From assembly GCA_035506135.1 (NCBI GenBank), contig DATJPY010000022.1:40110-104109 (forward strand): a DNA stretch of 64,000 bases, given 5' to 3'. A model generated the notes under the pieces. The model saw only the letters and a list, made by a program, of their open reading frames with translations. It was not told where the DNA came from and did not search any database. A program made the position numbers and the translations under genes. Positions 27,707 to 36,354 of the stretch are shown piece after piece. The DNA comes from Myxococcota bacterium. Its GTDB lineage: Bacteria > Myxococcota_A > UBA9160 > PR03. How positions within the stretch are numbered: position 1 is the stretch's first letter; each line of letters starts with the position of its first letter.

Positions 27707-29403
27707 CGGGAGACCCCGGCTCAGGCGGGCAGTGGTGCCTGCGCCGCGTGCCGCCACACCTCGAGCGGGCGTACGTCGACGGCGGCTGGTGGACCGACGA
27801 CACGCTCGGCGCGATGGTGGCTCGCCAGCTCGCGGACCACGCCGGGTCGGCCGTCGCGATCTGGTCGCGATCGCGCCCCTGGCGGGGCCGCTATGCCGAC
27901 GTCGACGACGAGGCTCGGCGCCTCGTCACGCTGCTGCGAGACCTGGGCGTGCAGCCCGGCGAGTCCGTCGCCTTCCAGATCCCCAACTGGCGCGAGGCCG
28001 TCGTCTCGTTCGCCGCCCTGGCGCTCGGCGGGTATGTGCTCGTACCGATCGTCCACATCTATGGCCGCAAGGAGGTGGCCTTCATCCTCGAGCAGAGCGG
28101 CGCGGCCGCCTACATCTCGCCGCTCGCGTACGGCCACGTCCGCTACGACGCGATCGTCGAGACGGCGGCTCCGGCCTCGCTTCGCGCGCACGTCATCGTC
28201 GGCGACGACGAGAGCCCGCCGCGCGCAGGCCGCGTCGCGCGCATCGCCTGGGCGGCGTGCGCCGGGCTCCTGCCCGCGATCGATCTGCCGCCGGTGAAGC
28301 CGAACGATGTCGCCGTGCTCGCGTACACCTCCGGGACGACCAGCGACCCCAAGGGCGTGATCCACGATCACCGGACGATGCTCAGCGAGCTCCTCCACAT
28401 GAAGGAGTGGCTCACGCCGGGCACGCCCAACCTGATGGGCTCGCCCGTCGCGCACGCGACCGGGATGATCGGCGCCGTGCTCGGCCCGCTCGCGATCGGA
28501 CAGGATATCCACCTGATCGACCGCTGGGACCCGGCGCATGCGCTCGAGGTCATGCTCGAGGCTAGGGTCGGCGCCGGTCACGGCGCGTCGGTGTTCCTCG
28601 CGAGCCTCCTCGATCACCCCGGGTTCACGCCGGACCACGCCGCGCGCATGCACCGGGTGGGGCTCGGCGGCGCACCCGTTCCGATCGCGCTCGCCGAGCG
28701 CGCGGCCTCGCACGGCATCGCCATCATCCGCGCCTACGGCTCGACCGAGCACCCGTCGACGACGGGCTGCCGCTACGACGACCCCGCCGACCGCAGGCAC
28801 CGCACGGACGGCCGCGCGTGTCCGGGCGTCGAGCTGCGCCTCGTCGACGACGCGGGCGCCGACGTTCCCCCCGGCTCGCCGGGCGAGATCCTCTCCCGCG
28901 GCCCCGATCTGTGTCTCGGCTACACCGATCCGACGCTCACGGCCGCGTCGTTCGACGGCGAGGGCTGGTATCGCACCGGCGACATCGGCGTCCTCGACGA
29001 GGACGGCTTCCTCACGATCACCGATCGGGCGAAGGACGTGATCATCCGGGGCGGGGAGAACATCTCGGCGACCGAGGTCGAGGAGGCGCTCCAGACATTG
29101 CCCGGTGTCGCCGAGATCGCGGTGGTCGCCGCTCCCGACCGCCGCCTCGGCGAGCGCGCCTGCGCGATCGTGCGGATGCGGCCCGGTGCGGCGCCCGTGA
29201 CCCTCACCGACGTGACCGCGCACCTCTCCGGCGCCGGTCTCGCCCGCCAGAAGTGGCCCGAGGAGGTGCGCGTCGTGGACGCGCTTCCGCGGACGGCCTC
29301 CGGCAAGGTTCGCAAGGTCGATCTGCGCGCGTGGCTCCGCTCGGAAGCGAGCCGCGCCGCGGCTGGCAGGGTCAGCGCCCCAGGTTCATCGACTGGGAGA
29401 TGA
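27703..29403 (+). CDS. AMP-dependent acyl-CoA synthetase/ligase, 566 aa
   Basis: GTG at 27703 in a GTGA overlap (start uncertain). LAYTSGTTSDPKGV, ..TGDIGVLDEDGFLTITDRAKD.., ..RTASGKVRK... The 3' end overlaps the convergent DUF1330 gene by 32 nt. Confidence 0.8.
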   Translation: MTGDPGSGGQWCLRRVPPHLERAYVDGGWWTDDTLGAMVARQLADHAGSAVAIWSRSRPWRGRYADVDDEARRLVTLLRDLGVQPGESVAFQIPNWREAVVSFAALALGGYVLVPIVHIYGRKEVAFILEQSGAAAYISPLAYGHVRYDAIVETAAPASLRAHVIVGDDESPPRAGRVARIAWAACAGLLPAIDLPPVKPNDVAVLAYTSGTTSDPKGVIHDHRTMLSELLHMKEWLTPGTPNLMGSPVAHATGMIGAVLGPLAIGQDIHLIDRWDPAHALEVMLEARVGAGHGASVFLASLLDHPGFTPDHAARMHRVGLGGAPVPIALAERAASHGIAIIRAYGSTEHPSTTGCRYDDPADRRHRTDGRACPGVELRLVDDAGADVPPGSPGEILSRGPDLCLGYTDPTLTAASFDGEGWYRTGDIGVLDEDGFLTITDRAKDVIIRGGENISATEVEEALQTLPGVAEIAVVAAPDRRLGERACAIVRMRPGAAPVTLTDVTAHLSGAGLARQKWPEEVRVVDALPRTASGKVRKVDLRAWLRSEASRAAAGRVSAPGSSTGR

Positions 29404-29671
29404 TCGCGAACCCCCTGGTCGCGGCGAGGCGCTTGCCCACGACCGCCTGGTACTCGGGCGACTCGTACCAGGCCTTCGCGGCCTCCTTGGACTCGAACTT
29501 GACGATCACCGTCTGCGGTCCGGGCGGCGTCCCCTCGATGGTCTCCGACGCGACGTCGAATGCCACGAGCTCGCCGCCGGAGGCGCGGATGGTTGCGCCC
29601 GCGCCGGTCTGGTACTCGCGATAGAGCTTCGGGTCGTTCACGACGTACTGTGCGATGAAGTACGCGGCCAT
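29372..29671 (-). CDS. DUF1330-domain protein, 99 aa
   Basis: ATG at 29671 with GGAGAGGA upstream. MAAYFIAQYVVNDPKLYREYQ.. is the typical DUF1330 start. Confidence 0.75.
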   Translation of the reverse strand: MAAYFIAQYVVNDPKLYREYQTGAGATIRASGGELVAFDVASETIEGTPPGPQTVIVKFESKEAAKAWYESPEYQAVVGKRLAATRGFAIISQSMNLGR

Positions 29672-29691
29672 CGCTGTCCTCTCCTGCGCCT

Positions 29692-30390
29692 CTAGAGCGC
29701 CGCCTGGATGCCATCGAAGAACTGCCACCACGCGTCCAGCGAGTGCTGGAGCGCGTCGCGGACGCGCGCCTGTGTCACCGCGTCGGTCGCATGGCGGCCG
29801 ACGATGTGGTCGCCGACGTCGCTGTGCTCCGCGTCGGCCGTCTCGTGGACGTCCCAGAACGCAACCGCATCGCGGCTCAGGCCGTAGTTCTCCTGCAGCC
29901 GGCGCGCCATCGGCCCGAAGGCGCCCGGGACCTGTCCCTCCGCCGCCAGGTTGATGGCCGCTGCCGCCTCGATGAACGAGCGCTGCTTGGTCGAGAGCTC
30001 GAACCAGTCGATCAGCGCGCGGGTGGCGGGAAGGGGCCGCCCTTCCACCATGTCCGCACGCTCGAGGCCGACCGCCTCGCCGAACCGGATGAAGAGCTCC
30101 GGGTGCGGCAGGTTGCAGCCCGACACCCGGCCCGTCTCCTCCTCGTAGACGCTCTCCGCCAGCTTCATGCGCTCGTCGGAGAAGGGACAGTTGGCGTGCA
30201 TGGCGCTCACCGCGCGAGGGAACTCCCGCACCTGCAGGAAGAACTGGACGGCGAAGCGCTTCAGCGCCTCGCGGTCGAGCTTGCCGTCGGCGATCTCGAG
30301 CCAGAGCGGATGACGGCCGAACGTCCGGCGCGCCTCGATGCGCGCGACCAGATCCTGGATGAAGGCCTCGGGAGACAGAACCTCGCTCAT
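29692..30390 (-). CDS. PqqC/TenA/CADD-like haem-oxygenase-fold (possible di-iron) protein, 232 aa
   Basis: ATG at 30390 (MSEVLSPEAFIQDL..). All-helical. ..FWDVHETADAEHSD.. gives an H-x3-D-x2-H ligand-type motif. Confidence 0.65.
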   Translation of the reverse strand: MSEVLSPEAFIQDLVARIEARRTFGRHPLWLEIADGKLDREALKRFAVQFFLQVREFPRAVSAMHANCPFSDERMKLAESVYEEETGRVSGCNLPHPELFIRFGEAVGLERADMVEGRPLPATRALIDWFELSTKQRSFIEAAAAINLAAEGQVPGAFGPMARRLQENYGLSRDAVAFWDVHETADAEHSDVGDHIVGRHATDAVTQARVRDALQHSLDAWWQFFDGIQAAL

Positions 30391-30472
30391 CTCTGCCCCT
30401 TCGCGACGGGCCGCGCTGCGGCGGATTCCCGGCCGGCTGGCCGGCCGGGCCGCCGGACCATACCATCTGATA

Positions 30473-31654
30473 ATGGCATTCTCAAAGACGGGATTGCCCG
30501 ATTCTCGCGCGGCCGACGTCGCCGACTTCCGCGCGGCGCTGCACGCCTGGCTCGACGCGAACCGCGCAGAGCTGGCGCCCCGCCACGGCCCGCCCTGGAC
30601 GCTCGACGAGCGGGTCGCGCAGATGCAGCGGGTGAAGTCGATCCTGTTCGAAGCGGGGTGGATGCAGTTCGGATGGCCCGAGCGGGTCGGCGGTCGAGGC
30701 GGCTCCCCCATGCTGCGGACGGAGCTCGGGGCCGCCCTCGCGGCCCGCGACCTCGCGGATCCCGGCCTCTTCTCGCTGATCGAGGTGCTCGCGCCGACGC
30801 TGATCGACTTCGCGCGGCCGGAGCTCGCCGCCGAGGTCGTCCCCCATCTGCTCTCGGGCACCGAGCTCTGGTGCCAGGGCTTCTCCGAGCCCGACGCGGG
30901 GAGCGACCTCGCGTCGCTGCGCTGCCGCGCCGTCCCTGACAACGCGCGCACCGCCTCGGCGTGGGTGATCGACGGCCAGAAGGTGTGGACGAGCCTCGCC
31001 CAGTACTCCGACCGATGCGTGCTGCTCACGCGCACGGGGCCGGCCGACTCGCGGCATCGGGGCATCACGGCGTTCTTCGTCGACATGGATGCGCCGGGCA
31101 TCACCGTGCGGCCGCTCGAGATGATCAACGGGGAGCGCGAGTTCGCCGAGGTGTTCTTCGACGGCGTCGTCGTCCCGGCCGATCGGATGCTCGGCGAGCT
31201 GAACGGCGGCTGGGCCGTCGCCATGAGCATCCTCCCGTACGAGCGCTCCTCGTGCTTCTGGCAGAAGGTCGCTTTCCTCTACCAGCGGCTCGGACGTCTC
31301 GTCGAGCTCGCGCCCGGCGACGACCGCGCGGCCGAGGTCGTGGGCAACGCGTACCTGCAGCTCCACGCGCTGCGCGCCCGCTCGCGCGCGACGCAGCACC
31401 GGCTCGCGGAGACCGGCACGCTCGGCGCCGAGACGTCGATCGACAAGGTGCTCGTCGCGACCGCGGAGCAGGCGACCTACGACGCGGTCCGCCGGCTCCT
31501 CTCCGGGACGATCGAGATGGACGACGGCGCGGCCGCCGAGGTGTGGCGCGCCGAGTACCTGTACTCGCGCGCCGCGACCATCTACGGCGGCACCGCCGAG
31601 GTGCAGCGCAACATCATCGCCCGCCGTCTCCTCGGGCTCGGGAGCGACGATTGA
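30473..31654 (+). CDS. acyl-CoA dehydrogenase, 393 aa
   Basis: ATG at 30473 (MAFSKTGLPD..). WCQGFSEPDAGSDLASL, ..IYGGTAEVQRNIIA... Confidence 0.85.
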   Translation: MAFSKTGLPDSRAADVADFRAALHAWLDANRAELAPRHGPPWTLDERVAQMQRVKSILFEAGWMQFGWPERVGGRGGSPMLRTELGAALAARDLADPGLFSLIEVLAPTLIDFARPELAAEVVPHLLSGTELWCQGFSEPDAGSDLASLRCRAVPDNARTASAWVIDGQKVWTSLAQYSDRCVLLTRTGPADSRHRGITAFFVDMDAPGITVRPLEMINGEREFAEVFFDGVVVPADRMLGELNGGWAVAMSILPYERSSCFWQKVAFLYQRLGRLVELAPGDDRAAEVVGNAYLQLHALRARSRATQHRLAETGTLGAETSIDKVLVATAEQATYDAVRRLLSGTIEMDDGAAAEVWRAEYLYSRAATIYGGTAEVQRNIIARRLLGLGSDD

Positions 31655-32622
31655 TCGACGCCGACGATCGCGCCCTCATGGAGAAGTCGGTGCACGCCGC
31701 CATCGCGGACGCTCGCGAGGCCGACGAGGGCGCAGATGTCGACGCCGTCCTGGCGCAGCTCGGATGGCGCGAGCTGCTCCGCGACGAGCCGGGCGATGCC
31801 ATCGACATCGTGTTCCGCGCGCTCGGCGCGACGAACGCCACGGCGACGGCGCTCGACGACGTGCTCGTCTCGGCGCTCGCTCGGGAGCCGCGCGCCGACC
31901 TCGCCGTCCTCCTCCCGCGCTTCGCCGCCTGGGATCCGCCGGGGCGGATCGACGGGGGCGAGGTGCGCGCGCAGAGCCTCGCCACCGCCCGCGCCGGCGC
32001 CGGCGAGGTGCTCGTGGTGTGCGGCGCGCCGTCGGAGCCGTGGAGCGTCGCGATCCCGGCAGCGAGCGCGGAGATCCATCCGCTGCGCGGCATCGATCCG
32101 GGGGCGGGCTTCCGAAGTGTCCGCGTGCAGGGCAGCGCGGCGCGCGCCGTCCGCGTCGATCCCGCGGCGTGGCGGGCGGCGGTCGCGCTCGGCCGGCGCG
32201 CGATCGCGCATCAGATCGCCGGAGCCTGCCGCGCGATGCTCGACCTCGCGTGCGCACACGCGAAGGAGCGCGTGCAGTTCGGCCGCCCGATCGCGCGGTT
32301 CCAGGCCGTGCGCCACCGGCTCGCGGAGGCGCTCGTCGCCGTCGAGGCGCTCGACGCGGCGCTGACTGCGGCCCGCGAGACGCCGAGCCCGGAGACCGCG
32401 GCGCTCGCGAAGGCCCTCGCCGGACGCACGGCGCGCACGGTGGCGACGCAGTGCCAGCAGGTGCTCGCCGGCATCGGCTTCACCTCCGAGCATCCGTTCC
32501 ACCGCTTCCTCAAGCGGACCCTCGCGCTCGAGGGGCTCTTCGGATCGGCCGACGACATCGCCCTCGACGTCGGACGGCAGCTCCTCGCCGCGCGCCGCGT
32601 GCCGACACTGATCGAGCTCTGA
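31651..32622 (+). CDS. acyl-CoA dehydrogenase-family protein (short partner subunit), ~323 aa
   Basis: TTG at 31651 in a TTGA overlap (ATG alternative at 31678). ..QFGRPIARFQAVRHRLAE.., ..GIGFTSEHPFHRF... Confidence 0.75.
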   Translation: MIDADDRALMEKSVHAAIADAREADEGADVDAVLAQLGWRELLRDEPGDAIDIVFRALGATNATATALDDVLVSALAREPRADLAVLLPRFAAWDPPGRIDGGEVRAQSLATARAGAGEVLVVCGAPSEPWSVAIPAASAEIHPLRGIDPGAGFRSVRVQGSAARAVRVDPAAWRAAVALGRRAIAHQIAGACRAMLDLACAHAKERVQFGRPIARFQAVRHRLAEALVAVEALDAALTAARETPSPETAALAKALAGRTARTVATQCQQVLAGIGFTSEHPFHRFLKRTLALEGLFGSADDIALDVGRQLLAARRVPTLIEL

Positions 32623-32643
32623 CGCACTGGGGGAGGCCAGCGA

Positions 32644-33258
32644 GTGGACTGGGGCGAGCTCGTCAAGGCCTTTGCGGCGCTCTTCGCGATCATGAATCCG
32701 ATCGGAAACATCCCGATCTTCCTCTCCATCACGGACGGGCGCTCCGATGCCGAGCGGGCGAGGATCGCCAGCGTGGCGGCCGGCGCCGTGGCCGTGATCC
32801 TGATCGCGTGCGTGCTGATCGGGAACGCGCTCCTGCGCGCCTTCGGGATCTCGGTGGCCGGCCTGCGCGCCGCCGGCGGGCTCATCATCCTCTCGATCGC
32901 GTTCTCGCTGCTCCACGCCAGGCCGAGCGGCATGCACCATGAGCCGAGCGACGCCGACGCGAAGGACGACCCCGCGGTCTATCCGCTCGCCATGCCGCTC
33001 CTCGCCGGCCCGGGCGCCATCGCGACGGTGATCGTGTTCGCGCACGGCGCGAGCGGTGCCACCGCGGATGCCGGACTGGTCGGCGTGGTCCTGCTGATGG
33101 CCGTGCTCCTGTTCCTCGGCATGCGGCTCGCGGTGCCCGCCTCGCGCGTGCTCGGCGCGGCCGGCATGAACGTCATCACCCGCATCATGGGGATCATCCT
33201 CGGCGCCATCGCGGTCGAGATGTTCTTCGCCGGCGCCCGCGTCCTGCTCGGGTCGTAG
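32644..33258 (+). CDS. MarC-family (UPF0056) integral membrane protein, 204 aa
   Basis: GTG start after GGGGGAGG. FAIMNPIGNIPIFL signature, 6 hydrophobic helices. Confidence 0.8.
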   Translation: MDWGELVKAFAALFAIMNPIGNIPIFLSITDGRSDAERARIASVAAGAVAVILIACVLIGNALLRAFGISVAGLRAAGGLIILSIAFSLLHARPSGMHHEPSDADAKDDPAVYPLAMPLLAGPGAIATVIVFAHGASGATADAGLVGVVLLMAVLLFLGMRLAVPASRVLGAAGMNVITRIMGIILGAIAVEMFFAGARVLLGS

Positions 33259-33309
33259 GGTCGAAGCGCCGCGCGCCGCTGGGCGGGCCGACGCCGAGGA
33301 GCAGGCGAC

Positions 33310-34095
33310 TCAGTCCGCCGTCGGCGATCGTCCCAGGAAGCGCTCGACGTTCTTGCGGAGCTCGGGCGTCTCGAAGGACTCGGTCTCGGCCGACAGCGCG
33401 AAGTCGATGGTGGCCAGCACCGATCGCTCCACGTGCAGGTTCAGGACCCGCTTGGTCGCTTCGACGGCCTGTCGCGGCAGCTTGGCGATCTTGTGGGCGG
33501 CCGCAAGTGCCGCGGACAGCACCTCGCCGTCCGGGCACACGTGATTGGCGAGCCCGATCTCCGCCGCGCGAGCCGCCGTGATCCGCTCCCCCGTGAAGGC
33601 GTACTCCTTCGCGAGCAGGAGGCTCGTGTGCAGCGGCCAGGTGAGCGGGCCGCCGTCGGCCGCCACCAGGCCCACCGCCACGTGCGGGTCCGCCAGATAG
33701 GCGGATTGCGCCATGTAGACGACGTCCGAGAGCGCGACCACGCTGCAGCCGAGGCCCACGGCCGGTCCGTTGACCGCAGCCACCACCGGGACGCGGCAGC
33801 GGATCATGTTGAGCACCAGCTCCCGTCCCTCCGCGATCACGTCGCGCCGCAGCGTGCGGTCCTTCACCATCCGCTCGAGCAGGTCGAAGTCGCCCCCCGC
33901 CGAGAACGCGCGCCCTTCGCCGGTGATGACGGCGACGCGCGCGTCGGGATCGGCGCTGAGGAGCGGGAAGACGCGGGTCAATCCGAGGTGCAGCTCCTCG
34001 TTCACCGCGTTGAGCTGGTCGGGACGGGAGAGCCTCACCACGCGCACGGGGCCGTCGGCCTCCACGCGCACCGCGCCGGGAAGGGGATAGTCCAT
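33310..34095 (-). CDS. enoyl-CoA hydratase/isomerase (crotonase), 261 aa
   Basis: ATG at 34095 after GGAGAGGAG. ..ITGEGRAFSAGGDF.. and ..VVAAVNGPAVGLG.. motifs. Confidence 0.85.
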   Translation of the reverse strand: MDYPLPGAVRVEADGPVRVVRLSRPDQLNAVNEELHLGLTRVFPLLSADPDARVAVITGEGRAFSAGGDFDLLERMVKDRTLRRDVIAEGRELVLNMIRCRVPVVAAVNGPAVGLGCSVVALSDVVYMAQSAYLADPHVAVGLVAADGGPLTWPLHTSLLLAKEYAFTGERITAARAAEIGLANHVCPDGEVLSAALAAAHKIAKLPRQAVEATKRVLNLHVERSVLATIDFALSAETESFETPELRKNVERFLGRSPTAD

Positions 34096-34121
34096 CGGTC
34101 TCCTCTCCAGCACGCGGGCGA

Positions 34122-35255
34122 TCAGGCCGACGGCAGGCCGAGGATCCGCGTGGCGATGATGTTCTTCTGGATCTGCGAGGTTCCGCCCATCACGCTCTGG
34201 GCGCGGCTGTACAGGTAGATCTTCAGGCCGACGTCGTCCGCGTCGAGCACCGCGCGCGATCCCGCCACGGAGAGTGCCGCAGCGCCCACGGTCTGCTCGA
34301 CCCAGGTCATCAGGAGCTTGTCGATCGAGCCGCCGGGGCCGTGGTCGAGCCCGTCGAGGCGCTCGGAGAGCCGGCGGCGGACGTGGAGCCGCAGCATCTC
34401 CGCCTGCACGTAGGCCCAGGCGACGCCCTCCCGCTGGTCGCCCCGGAACGCGCCCGGATCCGCGCGCACCGCCTTCTCGAGATCCCGGACCGCCTTCGCG
34501 TACCGCGCGACGTAGCCGACCTCGCCGGGCTCGCGCTCGTGGCTGACGATGGTCATCGCGATGCGCCAGCCCTCGCCGGGCCCGCCGATCCTGTTCTCGG
34601 CGCGCACGCGCGCGCCGTCGAACAGCACCTGACCGAACTCCTTGGTGATGCCGTTGATCATCCGGAGCGGGCGCTGCTCGATCCCGGGCTGGCGCATCGG
34701 CACCGCGAAGGCGGAGAGGCCCTTGTGCTTCGGCACGCTGGCGTCGGTGCGCGCGAGCAGGAAGCACCAGTCGGCGACGTCGGAGTAGCTGGTCCAGATC
34801 TTGTGACCCCGGATCACGTACTCGTCGCCGTCGAGCGTCGCGGTCGTGCGGAGCGAGGCGAGGTCGGATCCGGCGTCGGGCTCGCTGAAGCCCTGGCACC
34901 AGCGCTCGCGGCCGCTGATCAGTCCGGGAAGGAGGCGATCCTGGATCGCGTCACTGCCGTGCGTCGCGATCCCCTGGACGAGGTACCCGAGGCTCGGGCG
35001 CGGGGGCGCGCCCGCCGCGGCGAGCTCCTCGTCGAGGATGACGTCGAAGACCGGCGGAAGGCCGTGGCCGCCGAAGCGCGTGGGCCAGCTCAAGCCGAAG
35101 AAGCCCGCGTCGTAGAGCGCGGTGTGCCACTCCGCCTGCCGGGCCCAGTACTCGTCGTCGGTCGACGACACGGGCAGACCCGGGTTGTTCTCCGCGATCC
35201 ACGCGCGCAGGCGCGCCCTGAACTCCGCCTCCTCCTTCGCGTCACGAAAGTCCAT
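34122..35255 (-). CDS. acyl-CoA dehydrogenase, 377 aa
   Basis: ATG at 35255 (MDFRDAKEEAEF..). WCQGFSEPDAGSDLASL, ..VMGGTSQIQKNIIA... Confidence 0.85.
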   Translation of the reverse strand: MDFRDAKEEAEFRARLRAWIAENNPGLPVSSTDDEYWARQAEWHTALYDAGFFGLSWPTRFGGHGLPPVFDVILDEELAAAGAPPRPSLGYLVQGIATHGSDAIQDRLLPGLISGRERWCQGFSEPDAGSDLASLRTTATLDGDEYVIRGHKIWTSYSDVADWCFLLARTDASVPKHKGLSAFAVPMRQPGIEQRPLRMINGITKEFGQVLFDGARVRAENRIGGPGEGWRIAMTIVSHEREPGEVGYVARYAKAVRDLEKAVRADPGAFRGDQREGVAWAYVQAEMLRLHVRRRLSERLDGLDHGPGGSIDKLLMTWVEQTVGAAALSVAGSRAVLDADDVGLKIYLYSRAQSVMGGTSQIQKNIIATRILGLPSA

Positions 35256-36288
35256 TGAGGACCCCCAGGCGAGCTCCCTGCAGCTTCCGCAGCTGCTCGC
35301 CGTCGTCGCCGAACCATCGCGACGAGAGCAGGGCACGGCGCAGATAGACGTGCGCAATGCAGTCCCACGTGTTCCCCATCCCGCCGTGCACCTGCACGGC
35401 GGTCTCGCAGACGGTGCGCGCGGCGCGCGCGCAGTAGGCCTTGGCGACGCGTCCGGCGCCGCGGGCGTCTTCGGGCGCGAGCTCGTCGACGGCCCACGCC
35501 GGGTAGACCGCGACGCTGAACGCGCCCTCGATCAGGCACCGCGCCTCGGCGAGGAGGTGCTGCATCGCCTGGAACGATCCGATCGGGACGCCGTACTGGC
35601 GGCGCTCGCGCGCGTAGGCGACCGTGACCTCGAGCACGCCGCGCATCAGCCCGACGAGATCGGCGCTGGTGAGTGCGAGGCCCAGGGTCGACCAGGCGTC
35701 GAGATCCGCGCGGGTGAGGAGCCGGGCCTGGTCGGGAACGGGGATCCGGAGGGCGCTGGCCGGAATCTCGCGGACCGCGCGCGTGAGATCGGTGCCCTCG
35801 CTCGCCGCGCCATCGGCCTGCACGTGTGCGAGCCAGTAGTCATCGCCCTCGGGAGCCAGGACGTACGCCGCGACTGGACCGCGCGCGGGACCGTCGACGG
35901 CGTAGAGCGGTGCCGCCGTGGCCGGACCCGACACCGCCGCGACGTCGATCAGGTCGGGCCCGAACGCGACCACCGCGCCTTCGATGGGAGTCGCGCCGGC
36001 GCGCCGGGCGAGGTCCGCGGCCAGGAGCGGACCCGCGAACGGGACGTCGGCGACGGCTTCGCCGAGCGCCTCGGCGAGGATGGCCGCCTCGACCCCGCTG
36101 GCGAGCGGGCGCCCGCCGCCGTCGTCGTGGCGCAGCTCGAGCCAGCCGGCCTGTCGCACCGCCTCGTCGAGGCGCCGGGCGCGCTTGTGGTCGTCGAGGT
36201 CGGCCACGGTCCGCGGCCCGAGCTCGCGCGCCAGCCGGCGGGCCGTGCGGCCCAGCTCGGCCTGTTCGGGCGTGTAGCGGGTGTCCAT
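35242..36288 (-). CDS. acyl-CoA dehydrogenase-family protein (partner subunit), 348 aa
   Basis: ..QYGVPIGSFQAMQHLLAE.., ..VQVHGGMGNTWD... 14-nt overlap with the downstream ACAD. Confidence 0.8.
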   Translation of the reverse strand: MDTRYTPEQAELGRTARRLARELGPRTVADLDDHKRARRLDEAVRQAGWLELRHDDGGGRPLASGVEAAILAEALGEAVADVPFAGPLLAADLARRAGATPIEGAVVAFGPDLIDVAAVSGPATAAPLYAVDGPARGPVAAYVLAPEGDDYWLAHVQADGAASEGTDLTRAVREIPASALRIPVPDQARLLTRADLDAWSTLGLALTSADLVGLMRGVLEVTVAYARERRQYGVPIGSFQAMQHLLAEARCLIEGAFSVAVYPAWAVDELAPEDARGAGRVAKAYCARAARTVCETAVQVHGGMGNTWDCIAHVYLRRALLSSRWFGDDGEQLRKLQGARLGVLNGLS

Positions 36289-36354
36289 GCGCGAGAATCA
36301 TACTAGCATTTTTCGAGAGGCACGTTACCATCCGGGCTCTGCTGCGAGAGGACG

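Noticed and set aside
30473-30510. Direct ATTCTC repeats (ggcATTCTCaaagacgggattgcccgATTCTCgcg), considered as a further operator.
   Set aside because: They lie inside the coding sequence just after the ACAD start codon (MAFSKTGLPDSRA). They were not counted as regulatory evidence.
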